From: Nemertoderma westbladi
Lineage: Eukaryota; Animalia; Xenacoelomorpha
Reading direction: 5' to 3'
Length of the DNA stretch: 64,000 nucleotides
NCBI GenBank assembly: GCA_032718475.1
Contig: JAUCBJ010007342.1
Location: forward strand, 1-64,000
Position 1 is the stretch's first letter. Each line of letters opens with the position of its first letter. Under the pieces are notes generated by a model that saw only the letters and a program-made list of their open reading frames with translations, was not told where the DNA came from and did no database searches. The position numbers and the translations under genes were made by a program. Of the stretch, positions 36,301 through 49,018 are shown piece by piece.

Positions 36301-37701
36301 TGCTCCCCTTCCTGTGAGGATTTCGCTGTAAGTAACGGTCCGTTGGGGTGTGGAAATCCGCATGTAGCAACTTGTGATGTAGTCTGCCGCACTCCATGCA
36401 TCCGTCCTTGCTGTTCGGGCACTGCCGCCGTACATGGCCTGGCGCAAGACATGCCCAACAGGTGTCCAACGTCCGCACTTGAACTCTTCTCTGTTCCGAA
36501 TTTAATTCCTTGAACCGTCTGCAACTATCTAACTTATGGTCGTCAGATCTTACCTCCTTTAGTAAACAGTATTGGCAACCTACAAATCCATCCGGCAACT
36601 CCTGTTGCTTTAACCTAGGTCTATCTAACCGCTCACCTGACCATACTCGCGAGTCTGATCTAAAGGCTGGGGTACTCGAATTATATCTGTCTACTGAGTT
36701 AAATGTCACAGTGGTCCTGTCGTCGTCAAAACTTACCATAGACTTACCGGTAACAGGTTTAGACTCCCTCATATTCTCTTCTGAGAAGTTTGATTTCATC
36801 TCTGCTACTGCGTCTGTGGCTATCATGTCATGAATATGCTGAAGTGTCAACACCTTACCTTGACCTTCCAGCTTATTCTCTAATTTGCGCCATTTCTGTC
36901 GGTAACGCATGTTTAGACGTCTTATTACGCTCTTTAAGACTTCGGCGTGATCACCATGCTGAGGTAGATTCACCGTCCTCAAGATGTCCAATGCGTTCGA
37001 AATAGCGTTCGCTAAGTTCAACAGCTCTAACGGAGTTGTAATCCTTCCGCCCTTACCCAAGTCTTCTACTATCGACTGCGCCATCTTGGTTTTATTCCCG
37101 TAGATGTCACTAAGCGTCTTCATCGCTAACTCGAATGCCCGTTCATTGCCGACGAAGTTATCAGCAATGGCTCTAGGTTCTCGATGGAGCATCTGAAGCA
37201 AATAGTTGAACTTCTCGTTGGGAGTAAAGGTGCTGTTGGTCAGCTGCTCGTCGACATAGGTTTTAAAGGTCCTCCAGTGCTTATGGTTGCCCATAAACTT
37301 CTGGGGTTGTTGCGTCGGCAGTCCTTGCCTAGCAGCAAACTTACCTATGTCCCTAAGGGTTGCGTCGTTCCGGGTTAACAAATGGTTTAGTTCCGCAGGG
37401 TTATTAAGTCTGGTCCTTTCCCGGTGGTTCCAACTTACCTGCTCCGCGTCCGTCCTTCTTTCCTTATAGTTTCGGGACTTCTGACGTCTCATTTCTTCCT
37501 CTTCATCGCTTGACTCAGTGTCAGTCCTTAGCGCTCGCGATGGTTTGCGCACCGAGGCCCTGACCCAAGCTTCCTCAATAAATCTTTCCGCCGAATTTTC
37601 GAAATTGTGATTATGGATATTCGGGACAGGCGTCCTTACCTGAGGTCTATGTGGTATAGTCTCCTCCGATATGCGTACTCGTTGACTAGGTTGGACTTTT
37701 A
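33275..37701 (-). CDS. BEL gag core (DUF1759-like plus three zinc knuckles), aspartic protease, reverse transcriptase and RNase H
   Basis: KFMGNHKHWRTF, EKFNYL, CQYC..H..C, CWACLAPGHVRRQC, CMECGRLHHKLLH, MLDTAS, YYLPHH, DIEAMFHQV, FYMDD, LFSDAS, PRAELQAA, WTDA, WRHCPGVLNPAD. The frame is open from about 37701. Confidence 0.95.
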
Positions 37702-39887
37702 TCTAACTCAGGCCTGCTGGGATTAGAATTACTTCTTACCTGGGCTGCTTCCTTTAACCGTAGGTTGCTAAGCATGTCCGTTATAGGTTGGATGTGCGGC
37801 GATATAGCTTGCGCTAAACTAGCACTTAACTCATCCCTCGTAATAAATTCCTGGCTAGGGTTCTGTTGTATAGTCGGCTCTATCTGAGTAATTCGCTGTC
37901 TCTCATATGATCCCTCTTCCGGTTTAACCCGGAAGTTCTCCGTCGAACTGGGTCGGCGCTCCGTCCGCGTATTCCAAACCCGCGGGTTCGGTTCGCCAAG
38001 TACTCGTCCCGTCGGAGTTTCTTCTCTAAATTCTCCGTTGTCGCGTTCGGTATACAGTGGTGCGGTGTTCCGATGACGTAGATCCTGGGCGATGGGTGAA
38101 GCACTAATACCAACTGGCGTGCGATATGTAGAGAACGGTTTAACGATCCGTGTACTCGTAATAGCTGGACCGGGTATAGGAATTCTGGTCGTCGTCGACT
38201 CGCGTATAGTCGGAGTTCTCGCTTCCTGTTCGGCCTTCTGCAGTGCGAACAGCTCTCGCAACTCTGTCCCTACACTCGCCCCACATTCTTCGATCATTCG
38301 CATCCCCTTCTCGGCGATTTCATTCGCCTTCCTAGTCCATTCTTCGCTCTCTAAACTTAATCTCGCACTTTCCAACTGCGCCAGTTTACGCTCTTCTTCT
38401 TCCCTCGCTCGTCTCGCTGCGCTCTCTTCTTCCACTCGCGCCTTTTCTTCATACAATGCGCGTCTTCTTTTTTCGATCTCGAGTTCGCGTTCCTTGCGTC
38501 CGCGTTCGAGTTGAAGCTCGCGCTCCTTCTGTTCACGATCGAGTTTCTTGCGCTCGCGTTCGGCTTGGAGTTCGCGTTTCTTCGCTTCCTGCTCGCGTTC
38601 GAGTTGGAGTTCGCGTTTCTTCGCTTCCCGCTCGCATTCAAGTTGGAGTTCGCATTCTCTCTGTTCGCGTTCGAGTTCCTCGCGCTCGCGCTCGGCTTGG
38701 AGTTCGCGTTCCCTTTGCTCGCGTTCCGCTCGCTCGCGCTTACTTATCTCTTCCAACTCTCGTAACTCTGCATCCAACTTACGTGTGCGCTCCCGTTCCC
38801 GCTCGGCTTCCTTCCGTGCTTCCTGTGCACGCAAAACTTCCGCCTGCTGTTCGTCTAGTCGGCGTCTTCTCTCCTCCGCCGAGTTGTGAGAAACAAGGGA
38901 TCTAGCACATATTACCTTACCTCGCGCGTGACTAACCTGGGAATCGCCGCTGTCTCTAGATGCATCGTCGGGTGGAGTCAACGTCCTCTGTTGGATGTTC
39001 TCCGTCGTCGGTAGCACCTGACCTGGTACCACCACTCCATTCTGCATCAGCCAGCTAGTAACTTCCCTCTGATAACGGCGCCCTTCTTTATCCTGCGTCT
39101 CTTCACGCTCCACTAAGTCTCTCAACTCTGCGTCACTCACCTGAGTCGCCTGCGTTTGTGATGCCCATAGCAGCCAGTTCTCCGTCCTAACTCGTCGAAA
39201 TCGCTCCGATAACTCGCGGTGCTCCAACAAGGCTGCTAAAACCCTGTCGTAAATCCTCGTTGCTACGTCGCTCGACTGAGACTCTACTGCCTTCTTCGCT
39301 AGGACTGCAAGCTCCTCCGTCTGCTTGAATAACGCTGAGTTATATCCTCTTCTAATTTCTACTAACTCTACCCTCCCGATGTTCGCTGAGTCGGCTAACA
39401 TCTTCCTTACCTTGTCCGTCGTCCGAGTTATATGTCCGGCGTGCGCGCAAAGTTTCTTCTTTATCGCGATATCAAGTTCTCTCTCGCTTACCTGACTCAC
39501 ACTCGGTGGACTTGAAGGATTATTTCGGGAACTACGGGTACTCCTAACAGCCGTCGGGACCACGGCACTTACCATACCCACAGGTCTGGAAACCGGGCTC
39601 CGGGCTCTCGCTTCTGCTACACTACTCTCCCTATCACTCACCTCTGTCCGGGCTGCTGTACAGTCCTTCCTATCAGTAGCGGTAGGGGATCCTAATACTA
39701 TTACTTGAGGTTGCTCTTCTTCCTCACTAGTCACTGTCTCGTCCTCCTGTTCACTTACGTCAGCGTCGCTCGCTGCGTCGTCATAGTCGGGATTGTCGTC
39801 AACAGTAATGTTTACGCTATCGTCAGTCGGCGGTCCAGCCGCCGTCTCATAGCTGTCCTCTAGTGCCTCCTTGTCTGAGACACTCAT
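37686..39887 (-). CDS. Long N-terminal part of gag: acidic leader, helical region and E/R-rich coiled-coil repeats, 733 aa
   Basis: ATG lies 1.1 kb downstream of the 5' LTR. Overlaps the gag-pol frame by about 15 nt at GATAAAAGTC, where removing one base would fuse the two. Confidence 0.8.
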   Translation of the reverse strand: MSVSDKEALEDSYETAAGPPTDDSVNITVDDNPDYDDAASDADVSEQEDETVTSEEEEQPQVIVLGSPTATDRKDCTAARTEVSDRESSVAEARARSPVSRPVGMVSAVVPTAVRSTRSSRNNPSSPPSVSQVSERELDIAIKKKLCAHAGHITRTTDKVRKMLADSANIGRVELVEIRRGYNSALFKQTEELAVLAKKAVESQSSDVATRIYDRVLAALLEHRELSERFRRVRTENWLLWASQTQATQVSDAELRDLVEREETQDKEGRRYQREVTSWLMQNGVVVPGQVLPTTENIQQRTLTPPDDASRDSGDSQVSHARGKVICARSLVSHNSAEERRRRLDEQQAEVLRAQEARKEAERERERTRKLDAELRELEEISKRERAEREQRERELQAEREREELEREQRECELQLECEREAKKRELQLEREQEAKKRELQAERERKKLDREQKERELQLERGRKERELEIEKRRRALYEEKARVEEESAARRAREEEERKLAQLESARLSLESEEWTRKANEIAEKGMRMIEECGASVGTELRELFALQKAEQEARTPTIRESTTTRIPIPGPAITSTRIVKPFSTYRTPVGISASPIAQDLRHRNTAPLYTERDNGEFREETPTGRVLGEPNPRVWNTRTERRPSSTENFRVKPEEGSYERQRITQIEPTIQQNPSQEFITRDELSASLAQAISPHIQPITDMLSNLRLKEAAQVRSNSNPSRPELDKSPT

Positions 39888-41004
39888 AGTCTAAATAATG
39901 TTTGCCTTCCGGCAAAAATATCTCGCAAAAGTTCGAGATATAATTATAATTTAACCGAAAATACGGTCAAATTATTTGTCAAATAATCAGTTGGTCCAAA
40001 ATGTCAAAATAAATTCGCAATGCAATATTGTGAATTTAATGGGGTATATAGTTATAGCAAATACTAACACAATATTTAAACAAAATATTATTATTTAGCT
40101 ATTATATAGCATTAAATACCGGTATAGCACAAAATAACTTTGAATCTAATACAAAATATTCAAAATAAACTTGCCGCCCGAATATTTCTAATTTTATATA
40201 TATAGCTCTAATCAACGTAATTTTAATTTCAAATATTATATGTATCCACTAGCGCGTGGCTACATCTTCGGGTTGCGACTCTCTCTAACTCTCTCTCTAA
40301 CTTGAGCGATTCAAAACCATGGCCGGCTAAACCTAAATATCCTAACTAATAAATTGAGTTCAGCTTCGCAGTTAAACAACCGATAATTTTTTACTGCTTC
40401 CACAAACACACTGGTGCCAACAGAACAACTAACCTTGTTTGCTGTGAGATTCCACGTCCGCGTCCAAAGATTCAGGCCCTTCGCTGATTGCAAACCGAAC
40501 CCGCAGACCCACACGAACCCCAAACTCAGAAGTTCCGTCTTGCCATGTATCTCCAGATGGTATAAAATAACTAAGCGGTTACCTAACATACCGGTACAAA
40601 ACTCTAGAATTTTACAAATAATTTTGACCGAAAACTGAATTCTCGCAAACCTAGCTAAAATTTTCAAAAACTTACTAATTACTGTTTGCCCTAAGGCCTA
40701 AGGAACTGCTGTATTCGCAATTAGCAAAACGCACTACCGTACATTCACTGTATGCAGTACAGTAAGTAAAACAGTACACCAACCTAACAGCCTAATGTAC
40801 TACTGTACTATTGTACGCAGCCAGTGAATACAGTAATCTAAACTAACAGCCTAAAGGAATATACTCAATGTCTTACTGTACGCTAGCCTATAGCCTACAG
40901 CAGACGATCACGTGCTCCAATTTATTGCCTAATACTATGATACTACTATCAGCCTAAGAATACTCTATTGACCGCTGCAAGCAACAGCCAATAGCGCGTA
41001 TTAC

Positions 41005-43208
41005 TGATAAACAACCGCGACCTCTATACTAACAGCAGAACTGTTGAACAGACCAATACCCGTTAATATCCTTCTGCCAACCTAATAAGTTCTCGTCTAA
41101 CCAATAAGACACAAAGACTGCTCTACTGTTAAGTAAAGGGGATCAGGAGCGTGCTATTACTAAATTGTAAGGGTTGCTAAATACAAAACCGCTACTTACC
41201 GTTGGATGGCGCTAATCTGCCGTCCGCTAATATATTTTACTAAATTTACACAACTCCTGCAAAATCACTTGTTCCTTTCTCTACCGATCGCTCGATAGAG
41301 AGCTAACTGTTCGAATCTATGAGCCACGCGGGAATAACCAAAACAATAAACCCGAGTCGGCTCCCTAAGCTTACTTAAGACGAGTGCGAGAGGCCTTGCA
41401 CTCAGAGTATTCTTACGCCTAATTCTATCACTTATTAAAGCACGCTATTACCTACGTCTTTCCTAATCGCGAATACTGGAGGTTCCCTAACGTAATGTGT
41501 GAATGCGAGAATATTTAAAATAATCAAAAATGGTACAGTAACTGTTTCTACGTGGATAGTACCACTCCGAGTCTAAAACTGCCCGCGGCTGGCTTTAGGC
41601 CAGCAAAACTACTAGCGTATCGTGCGTACCGAATAGTGCGTTCTAGCTGATTGCCCGCTAATGCAAATAACCGCTCAGCGTGAATAGTTTACAGTACACT
41701 AATTATTACCTTAGCTACTCTCCGCTATGCTGCGTACTAATTCTTAATTTTTACTAATTAATTACAGTCACAAATATTTAACAGCGTACTAATTACTAAG
41801 AGTTCCAGAATACGTAATTCTAATTTATCACGCAACAGGTTTCGCTAGTAATAGCCTAAATTGCCGTATTACTTTGACCTAATCAATAACTAATTATTGT
41901 AACTAAGAAATAGAAATCAATCAAAGGGAAAAGAGCGCCTATCTAAGCATTCGTAATCATAGGCACACTTCAATAACACACCAATCAGCGTTAGAAATCA
42001 CAGTTTACAATTGTGCAATTCACTACTCGTACTCCACACTCAACGTTGTAATACGCGCAGGCCTCTCCCAGATACATCTAGGATTCCTAACTAACCCAAT
42101 TCCTGCCCCCCTAATACTAAATAGAGACAAAACCTGGATCATCAGCCCCCTAGATACTGTACCAGCGATTGGTCTGCGTGCCGCAGTGCAAGATACCCGC
42201 CCGCAACGGTGACCCTGGCCAGCGTTGCCCGCTTTGAATCCTCCGCTCTCTCCTAGTCGCTCAACCCCCCGATGCGCCCACCGCCCACTGGCACCTTAGC
42301 CCTCCATGATGCTAATAGCTACCGTAGCGGCGCATGCAAATCACAAAGTCTGACAGTCTCAGAAATCCCTTAGGATTATTGCGCAGAAAGGAATCACATA
42401 GAACCATTAATCAAAGGGTAGAAATCATAGTTCAATTGTAATTAGCAGCAATCGAAGGAATTATTGAGAAACACAAGCAAAGTAATCGCACTAGCAAATC
42501 ATTCCAAGAAATTAATCAAAATTAGCAAATTGCAGAAAATACGATATCCTAATACAAAATTAGAGACAGCTCAGCAAGTAAATTGTAACAGGGGTGTGTC
42601 ATGTGATAAGTAAGGGTATACAGTATTAACAGCATGAACATATAGGTTCTACCGGCACACCGCCAATTTATAGGTGATCCGGATGGGGTGATGCAATAAG
42701 GTGACTCAATCGCTCTCCCATTGGCTCTCCAGTCCGTGCTAGCATTAAACCAACCTGGAAGCAGTTAGTCCAATAAGGAGGCCGGATTGTAGTCCTATCG
42801 CTTGCCCAAACCTCGAATTATTACCTTATATGGTAATGGTTCACGTCCCTGGCCGCTGAATGGCCAGGACAGCGTCCCTATGATAGCCCTACTGATGCTA
42901 ATATCAGCAAGCACAAAAATCCAGGGTCCGAATAAACTTGCTACCCTGGGACTATCTACATATATCTTAATACAAAATTACGTAGGTAGGGCTACATACT
43001 ATACAAAATGGATGGATGCAAAATATATGGGCGTTTTAACTTCCTTACCTAAATGTCACCGCACTGTGCCTTATCTAAATAATTATACTGCACAACGGAC
43101 TAATATTACGTACAGTATAACGGACTAATATTGCATACTGCATAACGGACTAATACTGCATACAGTATAACGACTAATAATGTGGATACAGCGCCATATA
43201 CCGTAACA
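41005..43208 (-). repeat. 5' LTR (2204 bp)
   Basis: Partner of 24355-26559, followed by TSD CTGCC. Confidence 0.97.
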
Positions 43209-43412
43209 CTGCCTGACACCTGATCCGACTTCGCTAGCGAAGTCCATTCATTTCATACTGCACTATTGATGTAAGCTGTACTGCTACCGTAGAATGATTT
43301 ATTAACCAGTATACTTAACCTACAAACAGACAGATAGACAGTTTACTGGTTTAGTATAGTCCTACCGCCTGACCGCTGCTGGTAGGCCTATATCATATCG
43401 CTGGATGACGCA

Positions 43413-46400
43413 GAGTGTTGAAAAATAACGATAATAACGCTGAGTTCAAAAAATATCGAGAGGAAAAATATCGAGAGTAAAAATATCGAGTGTTGAAAAA
43501 TATCGAGAGTAAAAATATCGAGTGTTGAAAAATATCGAGAGTAAAAATATCGAGTGTTGAAAAATATCGAGAGTAAAAATATCGAGTGTTGAAAAATATC
43601 GAGAGTAAAAATATCGAGTGTTGAAAAATATCGAGAGTAAAAATATCGAGTGTTGAAAAATATCGAGAGTAAAAATATCGAGTGTTGAAAAATATCGAGA
43701 GTAAAAATTTAAAAAGTAAAAAAATTTTTAATAAGGGTTGTATGATATTTTTTTTCATAGAAATGATCTAGAACAAAAAAAAGTGTTCTAGAAAAAAATT
43801 ATTTATCTAAATTGGTAGCTTACACGTGTTCTATAACATTTATAAAAAGAAGTTGAAACTTCCTGCTACTACCAGGTAACTAATACCAGGTACTAACAAG
43901 TATAAAACATTGAAAATGTGATCTAGAACTAAAAAATGTGTTCTATAACAAAAAAATTTATCAAAATTTATAGCTAGCACATCTTCTATAATATTTATTA
44001 AAAAATAGCAAAAACTAGCTAGTATAATAAATCTGGTAAATGGGTACCCAAGGTGTATTACATAATGCCATTCACTTGCACTTGCACTGTTGTAACCCAT
44101 GCACTGCAACAGCCGGCACAGCATTCTTAAAAATGCAGCTGCAATGCAGCATGCCGATCCTAGTAGTAGTATGCACTGCAATATTGTCCCATAATTCTAA
44201 ATAAAATGCTCAAGCAAAATGCAATATTTTTACTCTCGATAGTTTTCAACACCCGATATTTTTACTCTCGATATTTTTCAACACTCGATATTTTTACTCT
44301 CGATATTTTTCAACACTCGATATTTTTACTCTCGATATTTTTCAACACTCGATATTTTTACTCTCGATATTTTTCAACACTCGATATTTTTACTCTCGAT
44401 ATTTTTCAACACTCGATATTTTTACTTTCGATATTTTTCAACACTCTCAACACTCGATATTTTTCAACACTCGTTAATTTTACTCTCGATATTTTTCAAC
44501 ACTCGATATTTTACTCTCGATATTTTTACTCTCGATATTTATCAACACTCGATATTTTTCAACACTCGAGATTTTTCAACACTCGATATTTTTACTCTCG
44601 ATATTTTACAACTCTCGATATTTTTCAACACTCGATATTTTTACTCTCGATATTTTTACCCTCGATATTTTTCAACACTCGATATTTTTACTCTCGATAT
44701 TTTTCAACACTCGATATTTTTCAACACTCGAGATTTTTCAACACTCGATATTTTTACTCTCGATATTTTTCAACACTCGATATTTTTACTCCCGATATTT
44801 TTACCCTCGATATTTTTCAACACTCGATATTTTTACTCTCGATATTTATCAACACTCGATATTTTTACTCCCGATATTTTTACCCTCGATATTTTTCAAC
44901 ACTCGATATTTTTACTCTCGATATTTTTCAACACTCGATATTTTTACTCTCGATATTTTTCAACACTCGATATTTTTACTCTCGATATTTTTCAACACTC
45001 GATACCTCTTTTTACTCTCGATATTTTTCAACACTCGATATTTTTACTCTCGATATTTTTCAACTCTCGATATTTTTCAACACTCGAGATTTTTCAACAC
45101 TCGATATTTTTACTCTCGATATTTTACAACTCTCGATATTTTTCAACACTCGATATTTTTCACTCTCGATATTTTACAACTCTCGATATTTTTCAACACT
45201 CGATATTTTTACCCTCGATATTTTTCAACACTCGATATTTTTACTCTCGATATTTATCAACACTCGATATTTTTCAACACTCGAGATTTTTCAACACTCG
45301 ATATTTTTACTCTCGATATTTATCAACACTCGATATTTTTCAACACTCGAGATTTTTCAACACTCGATATTTTTACTCTCGATATTTTACAACTCTCGAT
45401 ATTTTTCAACACTCGATATTTTTACTCTCGATATTTTACAACTCTCGATATTTTTCAACACTCGATATTTTTACTCTCGATATTTTACAACTCTCGATAT
45501 TTTTCAACACTCGATATTTTTACTCTCGATATTTTACAACTCTCGATATTTTTCAACACTCGATATTTTTACCCTCGATATTTTTCAACACTCGATATTT
45601 TTACTCTCCATATTTATCAACACTCGATATTTTTCAACACTCGAGATTTTTCAACACTCGATATTTTTACTCTCGATATTTTACAACTCTCGATATTTTT
45701 CAACACTCGATATTTTTACTCTCGATATTTTTACCCTCGATATTTTTCAACACTCGATATTTTTACTCTCGATATTTTTCAACATTCGATATTTTTACTC
45801 TCGATATTTTTCAACACTCAATATTTTTACTCCCGATATTTTTACCCTCGATATTTTTCAACACTCGATATTTTTACTCTCGATATTTATCAACACTCGA
45901 TATTTTTACTCTCGATATTTTTACCCTCGATATTTTTCAACACTTGATATTTTTACTCTCGATATTTTTCAACACTCGATATTTTTACTCCCGATATTTT
46001 TACCCTCGATATTTTTCAACACTCGAGATTTTTCAACACTCGATATTTTTAAACGCTCTATATTTTTCAACATTCGATATTTTACTCTCGATATTTTTCA
46101 ACACTCGATATTTTTACTCTCGATATTTTTCAACACTCGATATTTTTACTCCCGATATTTTTACCCTCGATATTTTTCAACACTCGATATTTTTACTCTC
46201 GATATTTATCAACACTCGATATTTTTCAACACTCGATATTTTTACTATCGATATTTTTCAACACTCGATATTTTTACTCTCGATATTTTTCAACACTCGA
46301 TATTTTTACTCTCGATATTTTTCAACACTCGATATTTTTACTCCCGATATTTTTACCCTCGATATTTTTATTCTCGATATTTTTCAACACTCGATATTTT

Positions 46401-49018
46401 TACTCTCGATATTTATCAACACTCGATATTTTTCAACACTCGAGATTTTTCAACACTCGATATTTTTACTCTCGATATTTTACAACACTCGATATTTTTA
46501 CTCTCGATATTTTTACCCTCGATATTTTTCAACACTCGATATTTTTACTCTCGATATTTTTCAACACTCGATATTTTTACTCTCGATATTTTTCAACACT
46601 CCATGTTTTTACTCTCGATATTTTTCAACACTCGATATTTTTATTCTCGATATTTTTCAACACTCCATGTTTTTACTCTCGATATTTATCAACACTCGAT
46701 ATTTTTCAACACTCGAGATTTTTCAACACTCGATATTTTTACCCTCGATATTTTTCAACACTCGATATTTTTACTCTCGATATTTTTCAACACTCCATGT
46801 TTTTACTCTCGATATTTATCAACACTCGATATTTTTCAACACTCGAGATTTTTCAACACTCGATATTTTTACTCTCGATATTTTTCAACACTCGATATTT
46901 TTACTCTCGATATTTTTACTCTCGATATTTTTCAACACTCGATATTTTTACTCTCGATATTTTTCAACACTCGATATTTTTACTCTCGATATTTTTCAAC
47001 ACTCCATGTTTTTACTCTCGATATTTTTCAACACTCGATATTTTTCAACACTCGATATTTTTCAACACTCGATATTTTTACTCTCGATATTTTTACCCTC
47101 GATATTTTTCAACACTCGATATTTTTACTCTCGATATTTTTCAACACTCGATATTTTTACTCTCGATATTTTTCAACACTCCATGTTTTTACTCTCGATA
47201 TTTTTCAACACTCGATATTTTTATTCTCGATATTTTTCAACACTCCATGTTTTTACTCTCGATATTTATCAACACTCGATATTTTTCAACACTCGAGATT
47301 TTTCAACACTCGATATTTTTACCCTCGATATTTTTCAACACTCGATATTTTTACTCTCGATATTTTTCAACACTCCATGTTTTTACTCTCGATATTTATC
47401 AACACTCGATATTTTTCAACACTCGAGATTTTTCAACACTCGATATTTTTACTCTCGATATTTTTCAACACTCGATATTTTTACTCTCGATATTTTTCAA
47501 CACTCGATATTTTTACTCTCGATATTTTTACCCTCAATATTTTTCAACACTCGATATTTTTACTCTCGATATTTTTCAACACTCGATATTTTTACTCTCG
47601 ATATTTTTCAACACTCGATATTTTTACTCTCGATATTTTTCAACACTCCATGTTTTTACTCTCGATATTTTTCAACACTCGATATTTTTACTCTCGATAT
47701 TTTTCAACACTCGATATTTTTACTCTCGATATTTTTCAACACTCGATATTTTTACTCTCGATATTTTTCAACACTCGATATTTTTACTCTCGATATTTTT
47801 CAACACTCCATGTTTTTACTCTCGATATTTTTCAACACTCGATATTTTTACTCTCGATATTTATCAACACTCGATATTTTTCAACACTCGATATTTTTCA
47901 ACACTCGATATTTTTACTCTCGATATTTTTCAACACTCCATGTTTTTACTCTCGATATTTATCAACACTCGATATTTTTCAACACTCGAGATTTTTCAAC
48001 ACTCGATATTTTTACTCTCGATATTTTACAACTCTCGATATTTTTCAACACTCGATATTTTTACTCTCGATATTTTTACCCTCGATATTTTTCAACACTC
48101 GATATTTTTACTCTCGATATTTTTCAACACTCGATATTTTTACTCTCGATATTTTTCAACACTCCATGTTTTTACTCTCGATATTTTTCAACACTCGATA
48201 TTTTTACTCTCGATATTTATCAACACTCGATATTTTTCAACACTCGAGATTTTTCAACATTCGATATTTTTACTCTCGATATTTTGCAACCCTCGATATT
48301 TTTCAACACTCATTAATTGTACTCTCGATATTTTTCAACACTCGATATTTTTCAACACTCGAGATTTTTCAACACTCGAGATTTTTCAACACTCGATATT
48401 TTTACTCTCGATATTTATCAACACTCGAGATTTTTCAACACTCGAGATTTTTCAACACTCGATATTTTTACTCTCGATATTTATCAACACTCGATATTTT
48501 TCAACACTCGAGATTTTTCAACACTCGAGAATTTTTAACACTCGATATTTTTCAACACTCGATATTTTTACTCTCGATATTTATCAACACTCGATATTTT
48601 TCAACACTCGAGATTTTTCAACACTCGAGATTTTTCAACACTCGATATTTTTCAACACTCTAGATTTTTCAACACTCGATATTTTTACTCTCGATATTTT
48701 TCAACACTCGATATTTTTACTCTCGATATTTTTCAACACTCGATATTTTTCAACACTCGATATTTTTACTCTCGATATTTTTACCCTCGATATTTTTCAA
48801 CACTCGATATTTTTCAACACTCGTTATTTTCGATATTTTTCATCTCGCGTTATTTTTACTCTCGATATTTTTTAATCACGTTAATTTTCAACACTCGTTA
48901 TTTTTACTCTCGATATTTTTTAATCACGTTAATTTTCAACACTCGTTATTTTTACTCTCGATATTTTTACTCTCGTTATTTTTACTCTCGATATTTTTGA
49001 GTCTCGATATTTTTCACC
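43413..49018. repeat. Satellite of alternating 15-17-bp units (CTCGATATTTTTACT / CTCGATATTTTTCAACA) in two inverted blocks, about 43450-43706 and 44224-49015
   Basis: Directly visible. The left block is the reverse complement of the right block, around an AT-rich core of about 500 bp. Confidence 0.95.
44110..44170 (+). mobile_element. 61-bp RTE 3'-end insertion
   Basis: Matches 22101-22160. TSD ATGCACTGCAA at 44099-44109 and 44171-44181. Confidence 0.88.

Larger units (their letters stand above)
24355..43208 (-). mobile_element. Full-length BEL/Pao LTR retrotransposon, 18,854 bp, with an extra 3' ORF
   Basis: LTRs at 24355-26559 and 41005-43208 (TGTTA...TATCA on minus). 5-bp TSD CTGCC at 24350-24354 and 43209-43213. 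Domain order gag-PR-RT-RH-IN. PPT GGAGCGG before the 3' LTR. Confidence 0.97.

Noticed and set aside
22458-40667. Numerous short antisense or overlapping ORFs within SLC25A15, gag-pol, the UTR and the LTRs (e.g. 26210-26479, 42802-43128)
   Set aside because: Shadow ORFs without motifs; the two LTR copies differ by indels that change the frame.
40960-41004. Primer-binding site after the 5' LTR
   Set aside because: The sequence reads GTAATACGCGCTATTGGCTGTTGC on minus, and I could not match it to a tRNA 3' end by eye.
44206-48875. Very long ORFs (1485, 790 and 692 aa) in all three plus-strand frames
   Set aside because: Artefact of a stop-free satellite unit; the translation is just the repeat.
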